A stretch of DNA of 32,000 bases from Candidatus Saccharimonadota bacterium (GCA_023898645.1 CP060232.1:1050001-1082000), one strand, 5' to 3'. Shown: positions 18,599-26,396, counted from the stretch's first letter. The notes: generated by a model not told the origin, from the letters alone. Made by a program: numbers and translations.

Positions 18599-19813
18599 CT
18601 AACTAAACAGCGTCAGCCATATAAGAGCAAAGTTCAACACGATAATTAACAGCGTTATAGTGCCTAATATATAGGTAGTAATTAGATGATTGACGCCTTC
18701 CTTCATAATGCGCCTGCTTGCCGTCACGAGAACCAACGGTATGAGCGCGAATGGTATACCAAAACTCAGCACGACCTGAGAAATAATGAGTGCAAACGTC
18801 GGATCAACACCAATCGCCACGATGAAAATCGCAGGTACGATCGTAACGAGACGTCGCCAGTGTAACGCGACCTTTTTGTGCAGCATACCCTCCATAATCA
18901 CCGCACCAGCATGGCCGCCCACTGCAGTCGAAGCAAAGCCCGATACTAACAAACTAAGACCGAACAGTGCGCCTACCAGACTCGATAAATCCGTATTCAA
19001 CACCTTATAAATTCCATCTAAAGTGTCTGTACCCGGCAGGCCGCGTAGTGCACTGGCAGCTAAGAGCAGCATGGAAATATTCACTCCACCGGCAATCACC
19101 ATGGCAACGCCTACGTCCGCTTTGGTCACGCGCAACAAATGCTTCAGTTCATCGCCCCATTTTTTACCATGGCGATCTCTACTCATGGCCGAGTGTAGAT
19201 AAACTACATGCGGCATAACTGTTGCTCCAAGCATTGCCGTCGCCAAAAGCAACATATCTGTGCCATGTAATTGCGGCACCATTCCCGCCAACAACCCACT
19301 CGTATCTGGCGGCCGCATAACCAGTCCAACGACAAATCCTAATGGAATCACCATAAGCAATCCCACCACAACTCGTTCAAATATCCTTTGACCCTGCGTG
19401 CTATAAATACGCAGTAGTAACATACTTATAATTCCGGTGATAACCGCGCCTACAAGCAGCGGTAAGCCGAATAAAATATTGAGTGCAATTGCTCCACCAA
19501 CTACTTCGGCAATGTCAGTAGAAATCGCCACCAACTCGGCCTGAAACCAGTACGCAATCCGACTTTTGCGCCCTAATTTTTCTGCAATGACCTCAGGCAA
19601 ACTTTTACCCGTTACTAACCCGACTTTTGCACTTAGATATTGAACCATCATGGCCATTAGGTTGGCCACTATTAACACCCATAGTAAAGAGTAGCCGTAC
19701 TTAGCACCAGCACTAAAATTAGCTGCAAAGTTACCCGGATCGACATAAGCAACCGCTGCCACGAACGCGGGTCCAAGCAATGCCAAGACTCGTCGAACTC
19801 GTAGTACCATCAC
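18599..19813 (-). CDS. mntH: Nramp-family divalent metal (Mn2+/Fe2+) transporter
   Basis: AYVDPGNFAANF (DPGN motif), MPHVVYLHS, and about 11 TM helices. The start is either GTG 19813 or the adjacent ATG 19810. It lies only 50 nt downstream of nrdB. Confidence 0.9.
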   Translation of the reverse strand: MMVLRVRRVLALLGPAFVAAVAYVDPGNFAANFSAGAKYGYSLLWVLIVANLMAMMVQYLSAKVGLVTGKSLPEVIAEKLGRKSRIAYWFQAELVAISTDIAEVVGGAIALNILFGLPLLVGAVITGIISMLLLRIYSTQGQRIFERVVVGLLMVIPLGFVVGLVMRPPDTSGLLAGMVPQLHGTDMLLLATAMLGATVMPHVVYLHSAMSRDRHGKKWGDELKHLLRVTKADVGVAMVIAGGVNISMLLLAASALRGLPGTDTLDGIYKVLNTDLSSLVGALFGLSLLVSGFASTAVGGHAGAVIMEGMLHKKVALHWRRLVTIVPAIFIVAIGVDPTFALIISQVVLSFGIPFALIPLVLVTASRRIMKEGVNHLITTYILGTITLLIIVLNFALIWLTLFS

Positions 19814-19863
19814 TTACCCACTTTCGTTCTATTAGCGATTAACGCGCTAGTTTCGTCGGGATT

Positions 19864-20850
19864 TTAGTCTTTTTTCGCGCCGTTTACTTCGTATGAAGTG
19901 TTCGTAGCCTCAAAGAAATTAACTAGCTGCAAGGTGTCGTTTGCCGTTGCCATCCATTTAGCCGGATTACCGACGTTATAGTGTGCATCAAACCCAAGCT
20001 CTTCCAGTCGACGGTCAGCCAAATACTTAACGTATTGGTTGATGTAGTCGCTGTTCAAACCTAAGATGCCGTTTGGCAATAAGTCTTTGTTGTATTGTTC
20101 TTCCATTTCAACACCGTCCAAAATCATCTGTTTGATTTCATCGGCAAACTCTTCAGTCTGCAAGTCTTCGTTTTCCTCAAGCACCGTTAAAATCAGGTTA
20201 ATGCCAAACTTTAGATGCAATGATTCGTCGCGAACAACCCAGTCAATGAGCGTACCAAAGTTACGTAGCAAATTACGCTGACGGAAGCTGAGCGCAACCA
20301 TAAAGCCACTGTAGAACCAGATGCCCTCAAGGATGATGTTGTACGCAATCATGTTGCGGATGAAGTCTTTTTTACCTTCGGTTGTGGTAATGTCGAGCGT
20401 TTCCTCGGTCATACGTTTGATGAATTTCGTCTCGAATTCTTCTTTTCGCGCCATACTCGGCGTCTCCACGTGCGCCGCGTATGATGCTTCGCGATCGATT
20501 GGGAAAGTCTCTAGGACATATTCAAAACTCATGCAGTGATTTGCCTCTTCCCACATTTGTTTTGCAAGATACAAGTGGCACTCTGCTGCGTTAACGTAAG
20601 GGTATACACCAAACGCCAGTGCCTTATTGACCAATAACTCATTTGGATTAAAGTAGCTCATCAAGAACGTTACTGCGTGCCGTTCTTCGTCGCTCATTTT
20701 CTTCCAGTCAGCTAAGTCCTGACCAAGCTGGACTTCATTTGGAAACCAAGTATTAGCAACCGCTTGATCGTACAAGTCCATCGCCCACTTATAGTGAACT
20801 GGTTTAAGTAGTAATCCGTCCTGGATACCAGTGCCGAGAATGCCTGCCAT
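19864..20850 (-). CDS. nrdB: ribonucleotide reductase small subunit, class Ic-like (R2c)
   Basis: Ferritin-like R2 ligand sets: NELLV (Glu), EEANH, ILEGIWFYSGF and RDESLH. Phe is at His+4, where class Ia/Ib have the radical Tyr. Confidence 0.9.
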   Translation of the reverse strand: MAGILGTGIQDGLLLKPVHYKWAMDLYDQAVANTWFPNEVQLGQDLADWKKMSDEERHAVTFLMSYFNPNELLVNKALAFGVYPYVNAAECHLYLAKQMWEEANHCMSFEYVLETFPIDREASYAAHVETPSMARKEEFETKFIKRMTEETLDITTTEGKKDFIRNMIAYNIILEGIWFYSGFMVALSFRQRNLLRNFGTLIDWVVRDESLHLKFGINLILTVLEENEDLQTEEFADEIKQMILDGVEMEEQYNKDLLPNGILGLNSDYINQYVKYLADRRLEELGFDAHYNVGNPAKWMATANDTLQLVNFFEATNTSYEVNGAKKD

Positions 20851-20914
20851 GATAACTCTGAAGTCCTTTCCTGATTAATTTAAACAGATGTGCCATAATG
20901 AACCAACCTTAAGC

Positions 20915-21088
20915 CTATTGGCAACCTTCACACATAGTAAGTTCAGCTGGATCAAGTGGTGCAGCAATAGTACCGTTTGCCTTAGCTTCTTCTTGAGCCT
21001 GATCCTGAGCAGCCCTCATAGCCGCGTCAATAGCGTCTAATTTCTGCTGCAGTGTCATGTTTTCTTCGATAATGTTTGATGCGTTCAT
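20915..21088 (-). CDS. small ORF (57 aa) ending in a C-terminal CxxC (..TMCEGCQ), located between nrdA and nrdB
   Basis: It is below the ORF-track size cut-off. I translated it by hand as MNASNIIEENMTLQQKLDAIDAAMRAAQDQAQEEAKANGTIAAPLDPAELTMCEGCQ*. A strong SD, AAGGGG, lies 7 nt upstream of ATG 21088. It has the same strand as nrdA and nrdB and lies within their operon. Confidence 0.55.
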   Translation of the reverse strand: MNASNIIEENMTLQQKLDAIDAAMRAAQDQAQEEAKANGTIAAPLDPAELTMCEGCQ

Positions 21089-21158
21089 TGCTTTTCCCCT
21101 TATACCCTTTTTACTTTATTTTCTTTGGTTTTTCGTTCTCATTTATCACCCGTCATAT

Positions 21159-23570
21159 TTAGGCTCCTTCACCAACTGTTTGTTTTTTCGCGAAGCCAAA
21201 GCCTGTTTTGCGTGGGCCACTGCCTGATAACGTCTCGGCCTTGTTCACTTTCACGGTACTCTGTTCGGCGGTATGACGCGGTTTAACGTGTAGATAGTAA
21301 GTTGTTTTCAGTCCCTTCCTCCACGCTGTCGCGTATATCTTTTCGTACTCATCAATGTCACGAGTTTCCAAATACATGTTGCGGCTTATAGCCTGATCAA
21401 CCCACTTCTGCGCCCTGGCGGCAACTTCGATAAATGCATAGGGACTTAGCTGGAAGCTTGTTTTGTAGACATCTTTAATGTGTTGCGGAATTGCCTCAAT
21501 TTGCTGTACATCACCCTGTAAACGAAGTACGTCATCTTTTACCTGCTCCCAAATACCTAGGTTCTTTAGGTCATGAACCAAATTAGTGTTCACTTCTAGG
21601 AACTTACCGTTTAACGTCGCACGGCTAAAGATTTGTGCAAACTGCGGATCAATCCCAGGGGTCGTCCCAGATACATGCGCATTGTTTGCCGTAGGTGCAA
21701 TAGCCATAAGAGTAGCATTGCGCATACCCTTTTTAACCTTTGGTCGTAGCTTCTCCCAGTCCAAACGTTTCTTCCGAGTGACATCAACTTTAACGTGACG
21801 ATCGAGGTCGAGCGTATCAAGTGTATCTATTGGTAATATACCCTTACTCCAGCTACTACCTTTATAAGTCGGGTAACTACCGCGTTCTTTTGCCAAGTCG
21901 GCACTAGCATCGATGGCATGATAACTAATGAACTCACACAACTGATCGATCAAATCGTATGCTTCTTCTGATTCATAACTGTGACCTAATTTTTCCAACA
22001 CATCAGAAAAGCCCATAATACCCAAGCCTACGGCACGATTCTGCAAGTTTGAGTGCATAGCCTGCTCAATCGGTGTATTAGTCAAATCACAAAGGTTGTC
22101 TAGCTGACGAATTGAAATCCGAACTGCCTTCTTTAGACGATCCCAGTCCCACGTTTTATCTTCTTTCAGGTGTACGGATAAATTGATACTCGACAAGTTA
22201 CAGACGGCAGTATTGTCTTTGTCTTGTGGAAGTGTAATCTCAGTACACAAATTACTATGATGAATCGTACCGGTATTGTTGTTAAGTGCACGGACGTTCA
22301 TGGTGTCCTTCCAGGTTAACCACGGATGACTGGTTGCTTGTAAGATGGTAAGAATCTGGCGGTATTGTTCGCGAGCATTAACCTTTGTAAAGTCACGAAG
22401 CTTACCTGCTTTCGCAAGTTTTACGTACTCGTTGTAACGCTTAGCAAATGCATCACCATAAAGCTCAACCAAATCCGGAGTCTCGGCAGGATCAAACAAA
22501 TACCAATCTTGGTCTTTTTGTGCGCGACGCATAAACTCATCGCTCAAAATAACGGCCGTATTAGCGATACGTGTCCGTAGGTACGGATCACCAGAGTTTT
22601 GTTTCAAATCCAAAAACTGCGGGAAGTTCAAGTGCCAGTTTTCCATGAATATGGCAGCTGCACCCTGTTTTTTGCCTTTGCGACTGACTGCGAACAATGC
22701 CGTATCGAGCATCTTGATAAATGGAATAGGGCCCGTCGACTCGCTATTAGTCGTTTTGACCGGACTACCGGCTGCACGTAGTTTCGTAACGCCTATACCG
22801 ATACCACCCGTGCCCTTAGCAATCCACATTGTGTCACGGATACCGCGAGCAATCGCTTCCATATCATCCTCGATATCGAACAAAAAGCAGTTAGAAAGCT
22901 GTGGAAACGAACCACCGGCATTGATACGAGTCGAGCCAGCAGGGTTGGCATCGAGCTTACTGATGTATTCATAGAATTCTAACGCCGTGGCTGTTGGGTC
23001 TTTTTCGAGCAGACTCAAGCCCATAGCTATGCGCATAGCAGAATATTGTGGCACTTCCATAGCCTCACCGCTGTTTTTACGCAGCGCATAGCGGTTACGA
23101 CTAGTGATGACACCTAGGTAATGCATAAGGCCGTCTCGGGCTGGATCAAGCGCCGCCGCCAACTTCTTTAAATCGAAGGTCTTGCTACTCATACGTGGAT
23201 CTAGTAGACCATCAGCAATGCCTTGCTTTAGATACTCCGGAAACTTCTTAACATGCAATTTACGCAGTTCGTCTGTATTCGCATAGCTGCCTAGCACCTT
23301 TCGATACACACTTCTCAACTGTAAACGCGCTGCAATAATGTCATAGTCTGGATCATCTTTGACATTCTGAAGCGCCGTATGTATGACGGCCTCGTTAAGC
23401 TGTTCGGTTGTAATACCGTCAAATAATGTCAATTGCAACTCTGTCGCGACTTGCACGACTTTTTGGATCTGGTCTTTTAGCCCCTCACTGGCTTCAACCA
23501 ATGCCAGGTTGACCTGGTTGGCGTCAAATGGTTCGCGGGTGCCATCGCGTTTAACCACATGTATGCTCAT
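21159..23570 (-). CDS. nrdA: ribonucleotide reductase large subunit (class I) with N-terminal ATP-cone
   Basis: ATP-cone VVKRDGTREPFD, active-site LSNCFLF, SNLCTEITL and AVCNLSSINL. SD AAGGGGG lies 4 nt upstream of the ATG. The C-terminal 40 aa contain no Cys. Confidence 0.95.
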   Translation of the reverse strand: MSIHVVKRDGTREPFDANQVNLALVEASEGLKDQIQKVVQVATELQLTLFDGITTEQLNEAVIHTALQNVKDDPDYDIIAARLQLRSVYRKVLGSYANTDELRKLHVKKFPEYLKQGIADGLLDPRMSSKTFDLKKLAAALDPARDGLMHYLGVITSRNRYALRKNSGEAMEVPQYSAMRIAMGLSLLEKDPTATALEFYEYISKLDANPAGSTRINAGGSFPQLSNCFLFDIEDDMEAIARGIRDTMWIAKGTGGIGIGVTKLRAAGSPVKTTNSESTGPIPFIKMLDTALFAVSRKGKKQGAAAIFMENWHLNFPQFLDLKQNSGDPYLRTRIANTAVILSDEFMRRAQKDQDWYLFDPAETPDLVELYGDAFAKRYNEYVKLAKAGKLRDFTKVNAREQYRQILTILQATSHPWLTWKDTMNVRALNNNTGTIHHSNLCTEITLPQDKDNTAVCNLSSINLSVHLKEDKTWDWDRLKKAVRISIRQLDNLCDLTNTPIEQAMHSNLQNRAVGLGIMGFSDVLEKLGHSYESEEAYDLIDQLCEFISYHAIDASADLAKERGSYPTYKGSSWSKGILPIDTLDTLDLDRHVKVDVTRKKRLDWEKLRPKVKKGMRNATLMAIAPTANNAHVSGTTPGIDPQFAQIFSRATLNGKFLEVNTNLVHDLKNLGIWEQVKDDVLRLQGDVQQIEAIPQHIKDVYKTSFQLSPYAFIEVAARAQKWVDQAISRNMYLETRDIDEYEKIYATAWRKGLKTTYYLHVKPRHTAEQSTVKVNKAETLSGSGPRKTGFGFAKKQTVGEGA

Positions 23571-23787
23571 ATTCCCCCTTTATTAACCTCACATATCACT
23601 ATGTAATACGCGTGGTGGAATGTTAGTTTTTATTAATTTTCCCTACACTTTACTTCCCGACTCCGGCGCGTCTCTCGTGCGCGTTTGGGGATGCAAGAAG
23701 AGGCCCAATCTAATTAGATTTGGCGGCGGTGTCTCTCCGTCTTGCAAAATGTGTATTTTTGTTGAACTACTACATATGTAGTGTCTA
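23571..23787 (-). promoter_or_regulatory. long 5' leader of nrdA with a GC-rich structured core (candidate cis-regulatory RNA)
   Basis: The predicted TSS is near 23787. The core at about 23641..23750 is much more GC-rich than its flanks. The 8-mer TTGCAAGA (23747..23740) pairs over 7 bp (TGCAAGA/TCTTGCA) with TCTTGCA (23698..23692), enclosing the AATCTAATTAGATT hairpin (23707..23720). A second GC-rich segment, CGCGCACGAGAGACGCGCCGGAGTCGGG, follows. Confidence 0.35.
23769..23784. promoter_or_regulatory. NrdR-box-like palindrome A (ACTACATATGTAGTGT)
   Basis: 12/16 match to the NrdR-box consensus as I recall it (ACACTATATATAGTGT). The core ACTACATATGTAGT is a perfect 14-bp palindrome. It lies just downstream of the predicted -10. 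Confidence 0.55.
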
Positions 23788-23793
23788 CATAGC

Positions 23794-23822
23794 ATTTTAG
23801 ACCCTATATGTATGGTTTTCAA
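23794..23822 (-). promoter_or_regulatory. candidate nrdA promoter TTGAAA-17-TAAAAT
   Basis: On the minus strand: TTGAAA (23822..23817), a 17-nt spacer that is almost exactly NrdR box B, TAAAAT (23799..23794). Confidence 0.5.
23801..23816. promoter_or_regulatory. NrdR-box-like palindrome B (ACCCTATATGTATGGT)
   Basis: 12/16 match to the consensus. Its centre is 32 bp from box A. It occupies the promoter spacer. Confidence 0.5.
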
Positions 23823-23858
23823 GCATTTTGTCTGTGTTTTTTTCACCACAAGCTTGAT

Positions 23859-23874
23859 AACACCTTATAGTGTT
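23859..23874. promoter_or_regulatory. degenerate palindrome C (AACACCTTATAGTGTT)
   Basis: ACAC-N6-GTGT rather than ACAC-N8-GTGT, so it is a poor NrdR box. Its centre is exactly 32 bp from box D. Confidence 0.3.
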
Positions 23875-23890
23875 GTAAATAATAAACATT

Positions 23891-23906
23891 ACGCTATATG
23901 TGGTGT
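23891..23906. promoter_or_regulatory. NrdR-box-like palindrome D (ACGCTATATGTGGTGT)
   Basis: 13/16 match to the consensus. Confidence 0.5.
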
Positions 23907-24005
23907 ACGAATTTTGTTCTAAAGATATAATCGCGACCCCAATAACCACTTGATACCAAAAATTTACTGGATATCACTCAGCATAAGCGTTATTATGTAA
24001 CTTAA

Positions 24006-24794
24006 ATGAAAACGACTATTGAAATGGAGAAAGCTGCGAGGAAAACAAAGTTATGGGTTGTCCTTTTTGGCATCCTTAACCTCTTAATTTTAGCCGGTAT
24101 ATTAACTAGTTTATTGCTATTCTGGAAACCGTGGGACCCAACAATCACTACTGCTTCACGTAAAATTACCATCACTGGTAGCGCGACTGTTCAAGACGAG
24201 CCCGACCAGTTCAAATTCAACGTGTCCTACACCAAAAACTCAACCGACGAAATAACAAAGCTTAATGATCAGATTGTCGCAACTCTTAAGAACCTTGGCG
24301 TCAAAGACAGTCAAATTAAAAACAATGCGAGCAACTACGGGTCTACGGAAGTCTATTACACAGACAAGACTGCCGGCAAAAACGAAACAACCCTCAGCTT
24401 AACCATCACGGTCAACGATAAAAAAATTGCTCAAAAGATTCAAGACTACTTACTTACAACTAGTCCAGAAGGAAACATTACTCCGATTGCATCATTCAGC
24501 CCTGCAAAACGCAAGGAACTGGAAAATAAAGCTCGCGGCGCTGCAATAAAAGACGCTCGGACTAAAGCAAATCAAACAGTTAGTGGTTTGGGCGCCAAAC
24601 TTGGCAAAGTACTTGAAGTTTCAGAAGGGACAAACACTGGCGGCTGCGATATCGGTGGTGTTGTTTGCCCCGTTACTTTGGAAGGCTCTGTATCATCATC
24701 TTCAACAGACGCTACCGCCAAAAAAAGCCCGAGCATCCAGGCAGGCACCGACGATTTAACATATAGCTTTACAGTCACATTTAGCTTGGAATAG
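24006..24794 (+). CDS. SIMPL-domain (DUF541) protein with N-terminal membrane anchor
   Basis: TM helix LWVVLFGILNLLILAGILTSLLLF followed by ITITGSATVQDEPDQFKFNVSY, which is a typical SIMPL/BP26 start. A second half with ARGAAIKDARTKA follows. TATTAT (23991..23996) lies 9 nt upstream of the ATG. Confidence 0.7.
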   Translation: MKTTIEMEKAARKTKLWVVLFGILNLLILAGILTSLLLFWKPWDPTITTASRKITITGSATVQDEPDQFKFNVSYTKNSTDEITKLNDQIVATLKNLGVKDSQIKNNASNYGSTEVYYTDKTAGKNETTLSLTITVNDKKIAQKIQDYLLTTSPEGNITPIASFSPAKRKELENKARGAAIKDARTKANQTVSGLGAKLGKVLEVSEGTNTGGCDIGGVVCPVTLEGSVSSSSTDATAKKSPSIQAGTDDLTYSFTVTFSLE

Positions 24795-24898
24795 CAGAGC
24801 AAATAAATTCATTGTATCGTCATTTTTTTATTAAGATTTAGACATCGTAACTACTCGCTAATGATAGTTATATAAATGATAAACTTAATACTTGATTA

Positions 24899-24927
24899 TT
24901 TACATTTAGTAAAATTTATACTATAGT
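24899..24927 (+). promoter_or_regulatory. candidate promoter TTTACA-17-TATAGT for the hydrolase gene
   Basis: TTTACA at 24899..24904, a 17-nt spacer, TATAGT at 24922..24927. The roughly 90-nt leader contains two hairpins: TGTGCC/GGCGCA, and CCGTACCA-ATCC-TGGTACGG at 24974..24993. AGGAG lies 5 nt before the ATG. Confidence 0.4.
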
Positions 24928-25023
24928 TCAGCCAGTTTTGATTGTGCCACTTTTCGGCGCAACTCGACTCGTCCCGTACCAATCCTGGTACGGAGATAAC
25001 AGTTCGATTTCCTAGGAGTAGCA

Positions 25024-26382
25024 ATGCATGAGTATCGCATGATCTACGTCATGAAGCGTATATTTGCACTCTTTGTCACAGTAATAATGGCCATAGCCAT
25101 TGCCCCACGTGCAATTGCTGGACCGACTGTAGTCGGAGTTGACGGCACAATAGTGCAGTTACCTATCGACATATTAGAAGGTGCACTCGCACTTAACGAC
25201 AACATGCTAACAAAACTACCAGGCTATCAAGAGGTGGTGGTTAAATATCCACAATCATTCGGCCTGTTCACCTTTAGCGCTATCGGCTATGACAAGTCGG
25301 TCGCTATCGGAAAAGCGGGTACAATTAATGCGATTAAACAAGCCCAGAACGGCGACCCATCAGTGCCAGTGAAGGTAGCCTGTCATTCGCAGGGATCAGA
25401 CGTCTGCACACAAGCGAATGATCAACTACGAAACGATGGGTATAACCAGTCTAGTGTGACGTACTTTCTGGAAGGGAACGTTGACAACGCTTACCTTGGT
25501 ATAAAGGTTTGGATTCCTCATATCGGGAAGAACGGAGTTTTCATTCCTGGTCCAGGCGTGACACTCGGCAATGCGACCCCCACGGCAGGAAGTGATGCAC
25601 AGATTAATCAGGTGTCATACGAGTACGACGGCTTTGCCCGTACGCCAGAATACCCGATTAATCTGCTTGCCGATCTGAATGCAGTAGTAGGCACACTGCT
25701 CGAACATGGTTCATATAGTAAGGCAGACCCCTACGCGCCTAACAATATCGTCAGCACGACACCAGATGGCAAGATCACGAATATCATGATTCCTGTGAAT
25801 GTAGTGCCCCTGTTGACAGTAGCAAAGTTTTTTGGCCTACCTCAGCAAATAGTGGACATCGTTAACCCCACGCTAAAGGCGATCATTGATACTGCCTATA
25901 GTCCAGTCCCAAACGGGCCTGGAACCTATCCGACTAAGGCTGTAACTGTCAAACTTTTTCCATCAAAAGAAAAGCTTCAGACAGACATCAAGAATGTTCA
26001 GCAAGGTTTGGCGGAGTCCAAAAACAAGTTGGCGGCATTGTTTAAGCCACCCATCCCCGCCATTACCACGTCGAAGTCATCATCTGGAGCACTCAACAAA
26101 CCGACCTCGTCCGATTCGTCGAACACAAGGTCAGTCACTCAAGATGTAGCAGTTCAAGTGCAACAACCGAAGAGAAACGGATCATCGCCAACAAGGATTA
26201 ATGGCCAGCATAGGCAAACTTCCTCAGTCAGGAGCACCAGTCCCGACACGGCGAAGCAAGCCAGCAATATTCACCCGTCGACGCCAAGTACTGTAAGTGC
26301 ACGCGATAGACATAACGTCAAACGGAATGCCTCGCGCGGTTCAGGCAACAGATCGGTAAGAAATTCGAGTGGTAAATCCTAG
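25024..26382 (+). CDS. secreted alpha/beta-hydrolase (PE-PPE/cutinase-like serine esterase) with a basic Ser/Thr/Arg-rich C-terminal tail
   Basis: Signal-peptide-like MKRIFALFVTVIMAIAIAPRAIAGP. KYPQSFG...YDKSVAIGKAG...VKVACHSQGSDV contains a nucleophile elbow, xHSQG. The last roughly 110 aa are low-complexity and basic. Confidence 0.65.
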   Translation: MHEYRMIYVMKRIFALFVTVIMAIAIAPRAIAGPTVVGVDGTIVQLPIDILEGALALNDNMLTKLPGYQEVVVKYPQSFGLFTFSAIGYDKSVAIGKAGTINAIKQAQNGDPSVPVKVACHSQGSDVCTQANDQLRNDGYNQSSVTYFLEGNVDNAYLGIKVWIPHIGKNGVFIPGPGVTLGNATPTAGSDAQINQVSYEYDGFARTPEYPINLLADLNAVVGTLLEHGSYSKADPYAPNNIVSTTPDGKITNIMIPVNVVPLLTVAKFFGLPQQIVDIVNPTLKAIIDTAYSPVPNGPGTYPTKAVTVKLFPSKEKLQTDIKNVQQGLAESKNKLAALFKPPIPAITTSKSSSGALNKPTSSDSSNTRSVTQDVAVQVQQPKRNGSSPTRINGQHRQTSSVRSTSPDTAKQASNIHPSTPSTVSARDRHNVKRNASRGSGNRSVRNSSGKS

Positions 26383-26396
26383 AGTAAATCAGACTC

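Noticed and set aside
21089-21161. nrdA and the CxxC ORF as one gene split by a frameshift or readthrough
   Set aside because: The two ORFs are in different frames. The small ORF's frame has a stop at 21118..21116. The 70-nt spacer is AT-rich, and the small ORF has its own strong SD. A more complex sequencing error cannot be excluded without reads.
23571-23787. Cobalamin (or 2'-dG/purine, ZTP) riboswitch upstream of nrdA
   Set aside because: There is no B12-box-like GCCACTG and no GGGAAGGC-type core. The purine-riboswitch loop motifs and the ZTP pseudoknot motifs are also absent. I kept the region only as an unclassified structured leader.
23643-23849. 68-aa minus-strand ORF in the nrdA upstream region
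   Set aside because: It spans the predicted promoter, the NrdR boxes and the structured leader. It has no SD and an implausible composition.
23571-24005. Replication origin at the minus-to-plus strand switch (435-bp AT-rich intergenic region with palindromes)
   Set aside because: I found no TTATCCACA-type DnaA boxes and no dnaA or dnaN nearby. The palindromes are better explained as NrdR boxes, and the genes to the right are on mixed strands.
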